From the NCBI GenBank assembly GCA_964412615.1, contig CAYPPK010000001.1:54983-118982 (forward strand): 64,000 nucleotides of DNA. Reading direction: 5' to 3'. Source of the stretch: an uncultured Candidatus Saccharibacteria bacterium (GTDB lineage Bacteria > Patescibacteriota > Minisyncoccia > Sungbacterales > HO2-52-23). Position 1 is the first letter of the stretch, and each line of letters starts with the position of its first letter. A model generated the notes under the pieces. That model searched no databases and was not told where the DNA came from. It saw only the letters and a program-made list of their open reading frames with translations. Position numbers and translations under genes: made by a program. This document shows positions 29,607 to 38,621 of this stretch, piece after piece.

Positions 29607-30551
29607 ATGAAGCTTGCCATCCAGGAACAAGTTTCCTTAGCGCCGCACACTATTTATAAAATCGGAGGTCCGGCGCGTTTTTTTGCTGAAATCAAAAATA
29701 CCGAGGAACTGCGGGAGGCAGTTCATTTTGCCCAAACCGGCAATCTGCCTATTTTTATTTTGGGAGCTGGTTCAAATATTTTAATTGCCGATAGCGGTTT
29801 TGCCGGACTGGTGATTCATCTTCGCCAAGGAACAGTAGCGGCGGAAAATAATAAACTGATAGTGGGAGCGGATGTCATGATGGCCCAAGCCGTCCTAAAG
29901 GCGGCAGCCGCCGGACTTAGCGGTTTTGAGTGGGGGATTGGCGTGCCGGGAACTGTCGGCGGATCAGTCCGAGGCAATGCCGGCTGTTTTGGCGGCGAGA
30001 TGAAAGATATAGTGGAGGAAGTTTCAATTTTCAATTTGCAATCGGGAGCAAAGGAAGAATTAAATCGGCAGCAATGCCAATTTGGCTACCGGGATTCTAT
30101 CTTCAAGAAGCATCCGGAATGGTTCATTCTTTCCGTAACTTTAAAATTGCGTCCGGGTGAGGTCAAACAAATCCAGGAGGCAATCAGGCGTATCAGCACG
30201 GAGCGCACCGAAAAACAAGATATTGGAACCAAATCTTGCGGCTGCATTTTCAAAAATGTTGCCTGGAATCGGCCTGACCTCAACAAAAATAAATTGCTGG
30301 AAAAATTTCCTGAACTGCGGAATTTCAAAGATCGGGAGAATATTCCTGCTTCTTTCCTGCTGGATGCGGCGGGACTGAAGGGGAAACAAATAGGAAAAGC
30401 GGCAATTTCTTCCCGGCACGCCAATTTTTTTATCAATGAAGGCGGCGCCACGGCGGAAGAAGTAATAATGCTAATAGCTGCAGCTAAAGAAACAGTGAAG
30501 AGGAAGTTCGGGATTGTTCTGGAAGAGGAAATTCAATATGTAGGTTTCTAA
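29607..30551 (+). CDS. murB: UDP-N-acetylenolpyruvoylglucosamine reductase
   Basis: IGGPA, GAGSN, GVPGTVGG, GNAGCFG, FGYRDS, GCIFKN, HANF. Confidence 0.96.
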   Translation: MKLAIQEQVSLAPHTIYKIGGPARFFAEIKNTEELREAVHFAQTGNLPIFILGAGSNILIADSGFAGLVIHLRQGTVAAENNKLIVGADVMMAQAVLKAAAAGLSGFEWGIGVPGTVGGSVRGNAGCFGGEMKDIVEEVSIFNLQSGAKEELNRQQCQFGYRDSIFKKHPEWFILSVTLKLRPGEVKQIQEAIRRISTERTEKQDIGTKSCGCIFKNVAWNRPDLNKNKLLEKFPELRNFKDRENIPASFLLDAAGLKGKQIGKAAISSRHANFFINEGGATAEEVIMLIAAAKETVKRKFGIVLEEEIQYVGF

Positions 30552-30599
30552 CTTTTTGTTTTTTTAGCATTAAAATCTTTGCTTTTCCTAAAATTTTGC

Positions 30600-30628
30600 A
30601 AAATATCCGCACCGGCGGATATTTTTTG
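30600..30628 (+). terminator. Rho-independent terminator
   Basis: AAATATCCGC-ACCG-GCGGATATTTTTT. Confidence 0.75.
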
Positions 30629-30721
30629 TGATGGCAGCGCTAAAATAGTTGACATTTAGTTGACAAAGAATGAAAATAAAACTAAAATTACTGAGGCTAA
30701 GGTATTTTTAAGAAATTTTGC

Positions 30722-32059
30722 ATGGCAGAACACCCTAACGGCAACGGTTCGGGCAAAAACGGATTTAAAACGCCGCTAAAATTTTTATTTGTATCGCTGG
30801 AAAGTTTAAGCGGCGATCTGGCTTGGACCGTAAAAAAAGAAGGACACGAAGTTAAGGTCTACATTAAAGAAAAAGGCGATGCTGATGTCTATAATGGTTT
30901 TGTAGACAAGGTTAATAAATGGGAAGAGTGGTCTGACTGGGCGGATGTGATAGTTTTTGATGATGTGGAATTCGGCGATATAGCTGAAAAATTGCGGAAA
31001 AAAGGCAAATTAGTGGTGGGAGGGTCTCCTTATACCGACAAACTGGAAATAGATCGCGAATTTGGACAAGCGGAAATGAAAAAATACGGCGTAAATATTT
31101 TGCCCAGCTCCAACTTCACTGCTTATGATGATGCTATCGCCTATATAAAAGAAAACCCTGCTCGTTATGTTTTTAAACCTAGCGGCAACACGCCCTCGGG
31201 GGGAAAAGGACTTCTCTTTATAGGTCAGGAGGAAGACAGTAAAGATTTAGTGGAGCTGCTGGAGCAGAACAAGAATGTCTGGCAGAAAAAAGCCCCTACT
31301 TTTATTCTGCAGAAATTTGTGGCCGGTGTGGAGGTGGCGGTGGGAGCTTATTTTAACGGCAAAAATTTCATTTATCCCATCAATGTCAATTTTGAACACA
31401 AACGGGTGTTCCCGGGTGACATCGGCCCTTTTGCCGGCGAAATGGGCACGCTTTGTTTTTGGAGCGAACCCAATGAATTGTTCCGGGCCACTTTGGGTAA
31501 AATGCTTCCGGCTCTGCAGGAATCTGGTTATGTCGGCTACATAGACATAAACTGCATCGTTAACGGCCGCGGAATTTACCCCCTAGAATTTACTTCCCGC
31601 CTCGGTTATCCGACTATTTTTATGCATTTAGAGGGGATCCAGATGCCGGCAGGAGAGTGGTTCTGGCGAATGGCTAAAGGGGAAGATTTTGAATTAAAGA
31701 CCAAAAAGGGATTTCAAATCGTGGTGCGGATCAGCGTTCCTACCTTTTTTGCTAAAGCCAAGGACCGGGAAACGGTTGAAATGTATCGCGATCTGCCTAT
31801 TCTTTTTAAAAAATCTTCCAATTTAGACGGCATTCATATTGAAGACGTAAAAATAGAAGACGGGGTTTGGCGCATAGCCGGGGAATCGGGCGTAATTTTA
31901 TCCGTTACCGGTTCAGGCACTACGGTTGAGGAAGCTCGCCGTCAGGTTTATGCCCGCGTGCAAAACATCATGCTTCTTAATATGTTTTATCGAACCGATA
32001 TTGGCGCCAAGTGGGGCGAGGATTCGGACAAGTTGCACACCTGGGGCATACTTGATTAA
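30722..32059 (+). CDS. Divergent PurD-like ATP-grasp ligase
   Basis: VFKPSG, QKFVAGVE, EHKR, GEMGT, LEFTSRLGYP, FYRTDIG. Confidence 0.75.
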   Translation: MAEHPNGNGSGKNGFKTPLKFLFVSLESLSGDLAWTVKKEGHEVKVYIKEKGDADVYNGFVDKVNKWEEWSDWADVIVFDDVEFGDIAEKLRKKGKLVVGGSPYTDKLEIDREFGQAEMKKYGVNILPSSNFTAYDDAIAYIKENPARYVFKPSGNTPSGGKGLLFIGQEEDSKDLVELLEQNKNVWQKKAPTFILQKFVAGVEVAVGAYFNGKNFIYPINVNFEHKRVFPGDIGPFAGEMGTLCFWSEPNELFRATLGKMLPALQESGYVGYIDINCIVNGRGIYPLEFTSRLGYPTIFMHLEGIQMPAGEWFWRMAKGEDFELKTKKGFQIVVRISVPTFFAKAKDRETVEMYRDLPILFKKSSNLDGIHIEDVKIEDGVWRIAGESGVILSVTGSGTTVEEARRQVYARVQNIMLLNMFYRTDIGAKWGEDSDKLHTWGILD

Positions 32060-32067
32060 ATTATATT

Positions 32068-32484
32068 ATGCGCGTCACTATTCGCCAGAAAAATTTAAAA
32101 ATCACTCCCGTTCTGATGCGCTACATTGAGCAGAAAATACTAAAACCAATCCGCCGGCTGCTGAAAGAAAATACCGCTCAAGAATTGCCGATTTTAGACT
32201 TGGAGTTCGGGCGTACAACTCGCCATCATCGCAAAGGAAAGGTATTTCGCGCCCAAGCCAATTTAACCTTGGGAAAGTATTTGCTGAGGGCGGAAGTGGA
32301 TGAGGAGGATATCCGCGCGGCTTGTGATTTGCTGGAAGAGGAATTGGAGGAAGAAATAAGAACTTTCAAAGGCAAGTCTTTCTCTTTGTTAAAACGGCAA
32401 GGACGTTCCATTAAAGGAGAATCTCGTTACCATCCAGCGGCCCGATTTCGCCGCGCCAGCCGGGTGCGCCAAGAAGGCCGGTAA
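32068..32484 (+). CDS. hpf: Ribosome hibernation factor HPF/RaiA family
   Basis: KNLKITPVLMRYIEQKI, HHRKG, LRAE, DIRAACDL. Confidence 0.8.
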   Translation: MRVTIRQKNLKITPVLMRYIEQKILKPIRRLLKENTAQELPILDLEFGRTTRHHRKGKVFRAQANLTLGKYLLRAEVDEEDIRAACDLLEEELEEEIRTFKGKSFSLLKRQGRSIKGESRYHPAARFRRASRVRQEGR

Positions 32485-32489
32485 AGCTC

Positions 32490-32498
32490 TTATCCACA
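32490..32498 (+). promoter_or_regulatory. Perfect DnaA box upstream of the speD promoter
   Basis: TTATCCACA, 23 nt before TATACT. Confidence 0.5.
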
Positions 32499-32556
32499 GT
32501 GCAGAAAAAATTTTTTGCTTCTATACTTATGGCAGAACCTTGTGGGAGGATAAGCC

Positions 32557-32940
32557 ATGCAAGCACTTGGCCAGCACTTGCTTTTAGAATTGTTTGATTG
32601 CGATCCGAGTTCAATCAATAACTTAACCGAAATAAAAGCAATTTTAGTGGAAGCCGCCAAACGGGCGCGAGCCACCATTGTTGATTTAGTCTTTCATGAG
32701 TTTAATCCTTTTGGGATCAGCGGAATAGTTATAATTGCCGAATCTCACCTCTCCGTGCATACTTGGCCGGAGTATCGCTATGCGGCTGCAGATATTTTCT
32801 CGTGCGGAAAAAATATGCAGGTAGAAATCGCGGCTGATTATATAATCACGGAATTTAAACCAGGACGAGTTAGCATAGTAAAATTTCCACGCGGAACTTT
32901 TATGGATTTGCCTGCTCAAAAACAGGCGATTCATTCCTAA
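32557..32940 (+). CDS. speD: Pyruvoyl-dependent S-adenosylmethionine decarboxylase proenzyme family
   Basis: LGQHLL, HEFNPFGISG, ESHLSVHTWPE (E|S cleavage), DIFSCG; GGAGG SD. Confidence 0.9.
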   Translation: MQALGQHLLLELFDCDPSSINNLTEIKAILVEAAKRARATIVDLVFHEFNPFGISGIVIIAESHLSVHTWPEYRYAAADIFSCGKNMQVEIAADYIITEFKPGRVSIVKFPRGTFMDLPAQKQAIHS

Positions 32941-32941
32941 T

Positions 32942-32964
32942 TCAGCCCTTCCGGGGCTGATTTA
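32942..32964 (+). terminator. Hairpin terminator after speD
   Basis: TCAGCCC-TTCCG-GGGCTGA followed by T/A tract. Confidence 0.6.
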
Positions 32965-33054
32965 AATTAAAAAAACCAGCTTGGTGTTGAGGTGGTTTCT
33001 GCCCATTGTTTTTCTCTTTAAAAAAGGCGGAATTTGTGCTACACTAATCCCGAC

Positions 33055-35805
33055 GTGTCAATCTTCGGGAAAATTTTTGGGGATGCCAACGAGCGCTATG
33101 TAAAATCGCTGGAATCGGTAGTGGAGGAAATAAATCGCCTGGAAGCTGAATTTACTAAACTTTCTGATGAGGAATTAAAAAATAAAACCCCCGAATTTAA
33201 AAGCCGCCTGCAGGCCGGGGAAGAATTAGATCAAATTCTACCAGAAGCTTTTGCGGCGGTGCGGGAGGCGGGCAAACGCACTTTGGGTCTGCGGCATTTT
33301 GACGTGCAATTGGTCGGCGGCGTGGTTTTACATCAGGGTAAAATCGCCGAGATGAAAACCGGGGAAGGAAAGACCCTGGTGGCCACTCTTCCTTTATATT
33401 TAAATTCTCTTGAGGGCTCGGGAGCGCATCTGGTTACCCCCAACGACTATCTTTCCCGCATTGGCGCGGGCTGGATGGGCCCTTTGTATCACGCGCTTGG
33501 CGTATCAGTGGGGGTGGTGTCGCACGAATGGTCCGGTATTTATGATTCTGATTACACTGATCCTGCTCCGCATGGAGACGAGCGACTTTTGCATTTCCGG
33601 CCGGTTTCGCGTAAAGAGGCCTATCACGCGGATATTACCTATGGAACCAATAATGAATTTGGTTTTGACTATCTGCGCGATAATCTTGAATATCTGCCTG
33701 ATGCTTTGCGTCAGCGAGAACATCATTTTGCCATTGTGGATGAAGTTGACTCTATTTTGATTGATGAAGCGCGGACTCCTTTAATTATTTCCATGCCGGA
33801 TGCTGACTCCGCGGATCTATACAACGTATTTGCCCGCCTTACTCCCCAGCTGAAAGAAGGAGCTGATTACAATGTGGATGAAAAAATGAGAGCTGTTTCC
33901 ATCACCGAAGAAGGGATAAATAAGATAGAGAAGATTTTAAACGTTGATAATATTTACGAAGAAAAAGGAATTAGTTTTGTCCGGCACCTGGAGCAAGCCC
34001 TGCGGGCGCAAGCCCTTTTTCATCGCGACAAGGACTATGTAGTTAAAAACGGCGAAGTAATTATTGTGGATGAATTTACCGGGCGGCTCATGCCGGGACG
34101 CAGATGGTCCGAGGGCTTGCACCAGGCAGTAGAAGCCAAGGAAGGAGTGGAAATTCAAAAAGAATCCAGGACGCTGGCCACCATAACTTTTCAAAATTAT
34201 TTCCGCATGTATGAAAAGTTGGCGGGCATGACCGGAACCGCGCAAACCTCCGCCGAAGAATTTCATAAAGTATATAAATTGGACGTTATCACCATTCCCA
34301 CCCATCGGCCCATGATCCGAAAAGACAAAGCCGATCTGATATTTCGGACAACCAAAGGCAAGTTTCAGGCAGTGGCGCGGGAAGTGAAAGAACGGCATCA
34401 AAAAGGCCAGCCGGTTTTAATCGGCACGGTTTCCATTGAAAAAAATGAACTTCTTTCCAAAATTTTGGAGATGGAGGGAGTTAGGCATGAAGTGCTGAAT
34501 GCCAAAAACCATGAACGAGAAGCGCTGATCATTGCCCAAGCCGGCCGCCAAGGCGCGGTTACGGTTGCCACCAACATGGCCGGCAGAGGAGTGGACATTA
34601 TCCTCGGAGGAACGGCCTCCGAGGAGGATAAAATTCAAAAGACCCCACACCAGAACAAGTTCGGGATGGGGCAGGTAAAAGATAAAAATGCCGACGGAGA
34701 CGAGGTCAGGGCATTAGGAGGCCTGCATGTCATTGGAACCGAGCGGCATGAAGCGCGGCGAATTGACAACCAGCTTCGGGGCCGCGCCGGAAGACAAGGA
34801 GATCCCGGCTCTTCGCAATTTTTCGTTTCCATGGAAGATGACCTGATGCGTATTTTCGGCTCGGACAAAATAAAGCGCATGATGGAAACACTCGGCCTGC
34901 CGGAGGACCAGCCGATTGAAAATAAAATGGTGTCCCGGGCCATTGAAGCATCCCAAGCCAAGATTGAGGGCTTTCATTTTGACAGCCGCAAGCATGTGCT
35001 GGAATTTGATGATGTTTTAAATAAACAAAGGGACTCCATTTATAAAATGAGAAAGGAAATTCTCTTTGCCGGTGATCAGGCAGTTCTAAAAGAGAAAATT
35101 TTTAGGATGTTTGAAGAGGAAATCGCGAGATTGGTTGAATTTCATACCCAAGCAAATGCGGCGGAAGAATGGAATCATGAGGAAATTTTTGAAACGATCA
35201 AGGCCATGTCCGGCGTCTCTGATGAAGTGCACCAGAAATTGCGCGATATTGCTAGCGCGGATTCGGAAGACCAAAGAACGGAAATGGAGCAATATCTTCT
35301 GGATACTCTTAAGAATCTTTATGAAGAAAGAGAAAATAAAATCGGCTCTCAAGGCATGCGGAATATTGAACGCGCGGTAATGCTTAGAGCCATAGATATG
35401 CTTTGGATGGATCATCTGGACCAGATGGAGCATTTGCGCGATTCCGTGCGTCTGCGCGCTTACGGCCAGCGTGATCCTTTGGTAGAGTATAAGCACGAGG
35501 GGGCAAAACTTTTTCGCGAATTACAAGCCGCCATCCGCAGCCAAATTGTCAGCTCCATCTTTAAAATCGGCGGTGCTCCGGAGGCTGATACTCCTAGGAA
35601 AGTTGAAGAGCGAAAACCCGAAACTGCTGAAATTATGAATAAGGAATTGGGAATTAGGGAAGCGGTTACTGCTAATCAGCATAGCAAACAACCTGAACCC
35701 GAAATAGGCAGAAATGAGTTATGCCCTTGCGGGTCAGGTAGAAAATACAAACGCTGCGGACTTTTGGAAACAGAGGAGCATAAGAGATTTGTGGCACGAA
35801 AATAA
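33055..35805 (+). CDS. secA: Preprotein translocase ATPase SecA
   Basis: MKTGEGKT, DEVDSILIDEARTPL, ATNMAGRGVDI, QLRGRAGRQGDPG, C-terminal GRNELCPCGSGRKYK; GTG start inferred. Confidence 0.98.
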   Translation: MSIFGKIFGDANERYVKSLESVVEEINRLEAEFTKLSDEELKNKTPEFKSRLQAGEELDQILPEAFAAVREAGKRTLGLRHFDVQLVGGVVLHQGKIAEMKTGEGKTLVATLPLYLNSLEGSGAHLVTPNDYLSRIGAGWMGPLYHALGVSVGVVSHEWSGIYDSDYTDPAPHGDERLLHFRPVSRKEAYHADITYGTNNEFGFDYLRDNLEYLPDALRQREHHFAIVDEVDSILIDEARTPLIISMPDADSADLYNVFARLTPQLKEGADYNVDEKMRAVSITEEGINKIEKILNVDNIYEEKGISFVRHLEQALRAQALFHRDKDYVVKNGEVIIVDEFTGRLMPGRRWSEGLHQAVEAKEGVEIQKESRTLATITFQNYFRMYEKLAGMTGTAQTSAEEFHKVYKLDVITIPTHRPMIRKDKADLIFRTTKGKFQAVAREVKERHQKGQPVLIGTVSIEKNELLSKILEMEGVRHEVLNAKNHEREALIIAQAGRQGAVTVATNMAGRGVDIILGGTASEEDKIQKTPHQNKFGMGQVKDKNADGDEVRALGGLHVIGTERHEARRIDNQLRGRAGRQGDPGSSQFFVSMEDDLMRIFGSDKIKRMMETLGLPEDQPIENKMVSRAIEASQAKIEGFHFDSRKHVLEFDDVLNKQRDSIYKMRKEILFAGDQAVLKEKIFRMFEEEIARLVEFHTQANAAEEWNHEEIFETIKAMSGVSDEVHQKLRDIASADSEDQRTEMEQYLLDTLKNLYEERENKIGSQGMRNIERAVMLRAIDMLWMDHLDQMEHLRDSVRLRAYGQRDPLVEYKHEGAKLFRELQAAIRSQIVSSIFKIGGAPEADTPRKVEERKPETAEIMNKELGIREAVTANQHSKQPEPEIGRNELCPCGSGRKYKRCGLLETEEHKRFVARK

Positions 35806-35807
35806 TT

Positions 35808-36212
35808 ATGCTTCTTATAAAAACAAAACTTAAAGAGAGTAGTATTCACGGCATCGGCTTATTTGCCGATGAATTTATACCTAAAGGAACGAAAATCTGG
35901 AAATTCATGCCGGGATTCGATCTTGCTTTTACTCCAAGAGAATTGCAAAAATTTCCTGAAACAGCAAGAAAATTTATTCATTGGTATGGCTATAGAAGTT
36001 TACATAGTGGACGATATATCTTGTGTGCCGATGATGCTCGGTTCTATAATCATCACGAAATTCCTAATACTATCGGCATAGATTTAGAAGGAACCGAAGA
36101 GGAGGGAGCGGATATCGCAGTACGAGATATACAAAAAGGTGAAGAGATAACATATAACTACAAAGATCCAAAAGAAGGAGATGCGGATTGGAAAATAAAG
36201 CTTTCCCGCTGA
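35808..36212 (+). CDS. SET domain protein
   Basis: IHGIGLFADEFIPKGT, RFYNHHEIPN, DIQKGEEITYNY. Confidence 0.88.
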   Translation: MLLIKTKLKESSIHGIGLFADEFIPKGTKIWKFMPGFDLAFTPRELQKFPETARKFIHWYGYRSLHSGRYILCADDARFYNHHEIPNTIGIDLEGTEEEGADIAVRDIQKGEEITYNYKDPKEGDADWKIKLSR

Positions 36213-36251
36213 GTATGCCCGAAACCATCTGTATCATACGTCAAAAATCCT

Positions 36252-36647
36252 ATGGGCAATAATTATCAAGGCGCAATAATTGAAGAAAGCTTGGAAGATA
36301 AAAATATCTTGAAAGATATGCGGATTTTAAATACGAAAGTTGAAAAGGTGACCGAAGAACATAAAACCCCCTGGATTGAACAATGGACTTTGCACACCGT
36401 GGAGATTCCGGCAGAGAAAGCCCTAGTAGTAGCAGAAAAAATCAGCAGGTCGCTTGATTCAAAACACGCCTGGTATGCCGATTTCAAAAATGATCACTAC
36501 CACTACATTATTTTCCGTGACAAGGTTTTTTTCGTTGATCGGCAAAGCAAGGAGCAATACGATAAAGCAAGCCAATACGGGATTTCTCTCGGTATCCCAG
36601 AATATCAGGTTGATTTTCATCCCGAGGTAAAAGGATGGGAGAGGTGA
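36252..36647 (+). CDS. Conserved hypothetical protein
   Basis: Clean ORF in an operon context; IIEESL, WTLH, WYADF, GIPEYQVDF. Confidence 0.75.
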   Translation: MGNNYQGAIIEESLEDKNILKDMRILNTKVEKVTEEHKTPWIEQWTLHTVEIPAEKALVVAEKISRSLDSKHAWYADFKNDHYHYIIFRDKVFFVDRQSKEQYDKASQYGISLGIPEYQVDFHPEVKGWER

Positions 36648-36650
36648 TTT

Positions 36651-36953
36651 ATGAAATATAACAAACTCGTTCGCGACAAAATCCCGGAGTACATTCGGAG
36701 CAAAGGAGGACACCCGGTAACCCATATTGCGGATAAGATGGAATATTGGGAAAAATTGAAAGAAAAGTTGCTGGAAGAAATTGAGGAGTTTAGGAAAGAC
36801 GAAAGTCCCGAGGAATTTGCCGATATTCTTGAAGTAATTGATGCAATAGCTGAATATAAAAAATTTGATATGAACGAAGTAAAAGAAATAAAAGAAAAGA
36901 AAGCCAAAGAACGAGGAAAATTTAAGGGTCGCATTATACTGGATGAATCTTGA
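36651..36953 (+). CDS. MazG/HisE-like nucleoside triphosphate pyrophosphohydrolase
   Basis: YNKLVRDKIPE, KLLEEIEEF, EEFADILEV, ERGKF. Confidence 0.85.
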   Translation: MKYNKLVRDKIPEYIRSKGGHPVTHIADKMEYWEKLKEKLLEEIEEFRKDESPEEFADILEVIDAIAEYKKFDMNEVKEIKEKKAKERGKFKGRIILDES

Positions 36954-37016
36954 TCGCGCGTACCGGAACGAAAAAAATTCAAAGGTCGGTTTATATTTAA
37001 TAACTTTAGCAAAGCT

Positions 37017-37403
37017 ATGGAAATTATTTTACTTATAGGAAGAATTCTTTTCGGCGGGTTTTTTGTAATGAATGGGATAAATCATCTTGTGAAGTCAGAC
37101 ATGCTTACTGTTTATGCCCAGTCCAAGGGCGTTCCCGCTGCCAAAGTCACAGTTCTATTAACCGGCCTTTTGATTCTTTTCGGGGGACTGGGCGTGATCT
37201 TGGGCGTATGGATTGAGTGGGCGGTTTTGGCACTGGTTATTTTTCTGGTCGGTGTTTCTTTCAAGATGCACAACTACTGGGCGGATCAGGATCCGAACAT
37301 GAAGATGGCTAATATGGTGAATTTCACCAAAAATATGGCCCTGGCCGGAGCATCTTTGATGCTGCTTGCTGTTCCTACTCCCTGGCCTTACAGCTTGTTT
37401 TAG
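37017..37403 (+). CDS. DoxX family membrane protein
   Basis: IGRILFG, MHNYW, FTKNMALAG; four TM helices. Confidence 0.88.
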   Translation: MEIILLIGRILFGGFFVMNGINHLVKSDMLTVYAQSKGVPAAKVTVLLTGLLILFGGLGVILGVWIEWAVLALVIFLVGVSFKMHNYWADQDPNMKMANMVNFTKNMALAGASLMLLAVPTPWPYSLF

Positions 37404-37432
37404 CAAGTATTGCGCCGATTTTGAGGCAGGGG

Positions 37433-37542
37433 TAAACCCCTCCCTTAATTTTGTGCAGTATTTTCCCAACGGTAAAGACAATAAAACTATCAGGGCAAAG
37501 GAACGGATAAGCGCCTTGCCCCAAGGTTAAGGCAGGGGTAAA
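37433..37542. mobile_element. Miniature TIR element with TAAA flanking duplication
   Basis: TAAA-CCCCTCCCTTAA...TTAAGGCAGGGG-TAAA (11/12 IR, 102 bp); an extra right-end-like TTGAGGCAGGGG lies just upstream. Confidence 0.6.
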
Positions 37543-37578
37543 GTTGAAGCAAGAAGCAGCTTCAACTTTTTTCATATT

Positions 37579-38190
37579 ATGTCTGCGGAAACAAGCGACA
37601 ACCGAACCGAGCAACTGCGGCAGATTAAAGAAGAGGTGATTAATTTCAAAGAATCGCCGCTTTACCAAGAGCGGATACGGAATAAAGTGTTTCCGGTGAT
37701 CGGGGAGGGCAATCATTATGCCCAAATCATGTTTGTGGGCGAGGCGCCGGGCAGGGTGGAGGCCGCGACCGGTCGGCCTTTTTCCGGCCCTGCCGGAAAA
37801 ATCCTGGATGATCTCCTGAAGCAAATCGGGATTGAGCGCCAAGACGTCTATATAACTAACGTGGTAAAGGATAGGCCGCCTAATAATCGGGATCCGTTTC
37901 CGGATGAGATTGCGCTTTATGCGGCTTTTCTTGATCGGCAGATTGAGATTATACAGCCAAAAATAATTGTGGCTCTGGGGCGCCATTCCATGAAATATCT
38001 TTTGCAGAAGTTTGGGCTTCCTTTGGCGCAATCCATAAGTAAAATTCATGGCCAGGTTTTTGAAGCGGAAACAAAATACGGGAAAATAAAATTCATGCCT
38101 TCCTTTCATCCGGCTACCGTGCTTTATAATCCGGAAGCAAGAAAAGAATTGGAGGAAGATTTCCAAACTCTTAAGAAGTTGCTTGCCTAA
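37579..38190 (+). CDS. udg: Uracil-DNA glycosylase, family 4-like
   Basis: VGEAPG, GRPFSGPAG, YITNVVKDRPP, FHPA. Confidence 0.9.
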   Translation: MSAETSDNRTEQLRQIKEEVINFKESPLYQERIRNKVFPVIGEGNHYAQIMFVGEAPGRVEAATGRPFSGPAGKILDDLLKQIGIERQDVYITNVVKDRPPNNRDPFPDEIALYAAFLDRQIEIIQPKIIVALGRHSMKYLLQKFGLPLAQSISKIHGQVFEAETKYGKIKFMPSFHPATVLYNPEARKELEEDFQTLKKLLA

Positions 38191-38242
38191 TTTTTAGGAT
38201 AGGTTTAATATTTCCGCAGATAGTTCACATAGAGGAAAAGCC

Positions 38243-38524
38243 ATGGTGAGAGAGGTTTCTTCAGGCGGATTTGAGGTAAAGCCCAATGAACACGCCTTTG
38301 CGGTTAGAAAAAAGGCAAATAACGGCCATACTCCTGGACGAAATCCACAGGTAAGGGCACAGAAGCGGAATAATACCCGGTTGCTACTGCTGGCGATCCT
38401 AGCTGCCCTAATTGTCTATTTCCTCTTTTTTCCCGATGCCGCCAGCAATAAAATCATCACTCCCGATCCTTTAGTATCGCCTTTTTGGCATAGAATTATT
38501 GAAATACTTATGCCCAGAACATAG
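38243..38524 (+). CDS. Small single-TM hypothetical protein
   Basis: GAGG SD, one hydrophobic helix, terminator-like hairpin at 38527-38554. Confidence 0.6.
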   Translation: MVREVSSGGFEVKPNEHAFAVRKKANNGHTPGRNPQVRAQKRNNTRLLLLAILAALIVYFLFFPDAASNKIITPDPLVSPFWHRIIEILMPRT

Positions 38525-38621
38525 CGGGTGCTTCACCGGAAGCATCCTTTTTTTGCGGGGCGGAAAACTTGGTTTGCTTTTATTGAGTTATCCTGTTAGA
38601 GTAAGAAAATAAAATTAAATA

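Noticed and set aside
36909-37007. DGR template/variable repeat pair
   Set aside because: Mismatches are not confined to adenines, the repeat is short, and no reverse transcriptase is present.
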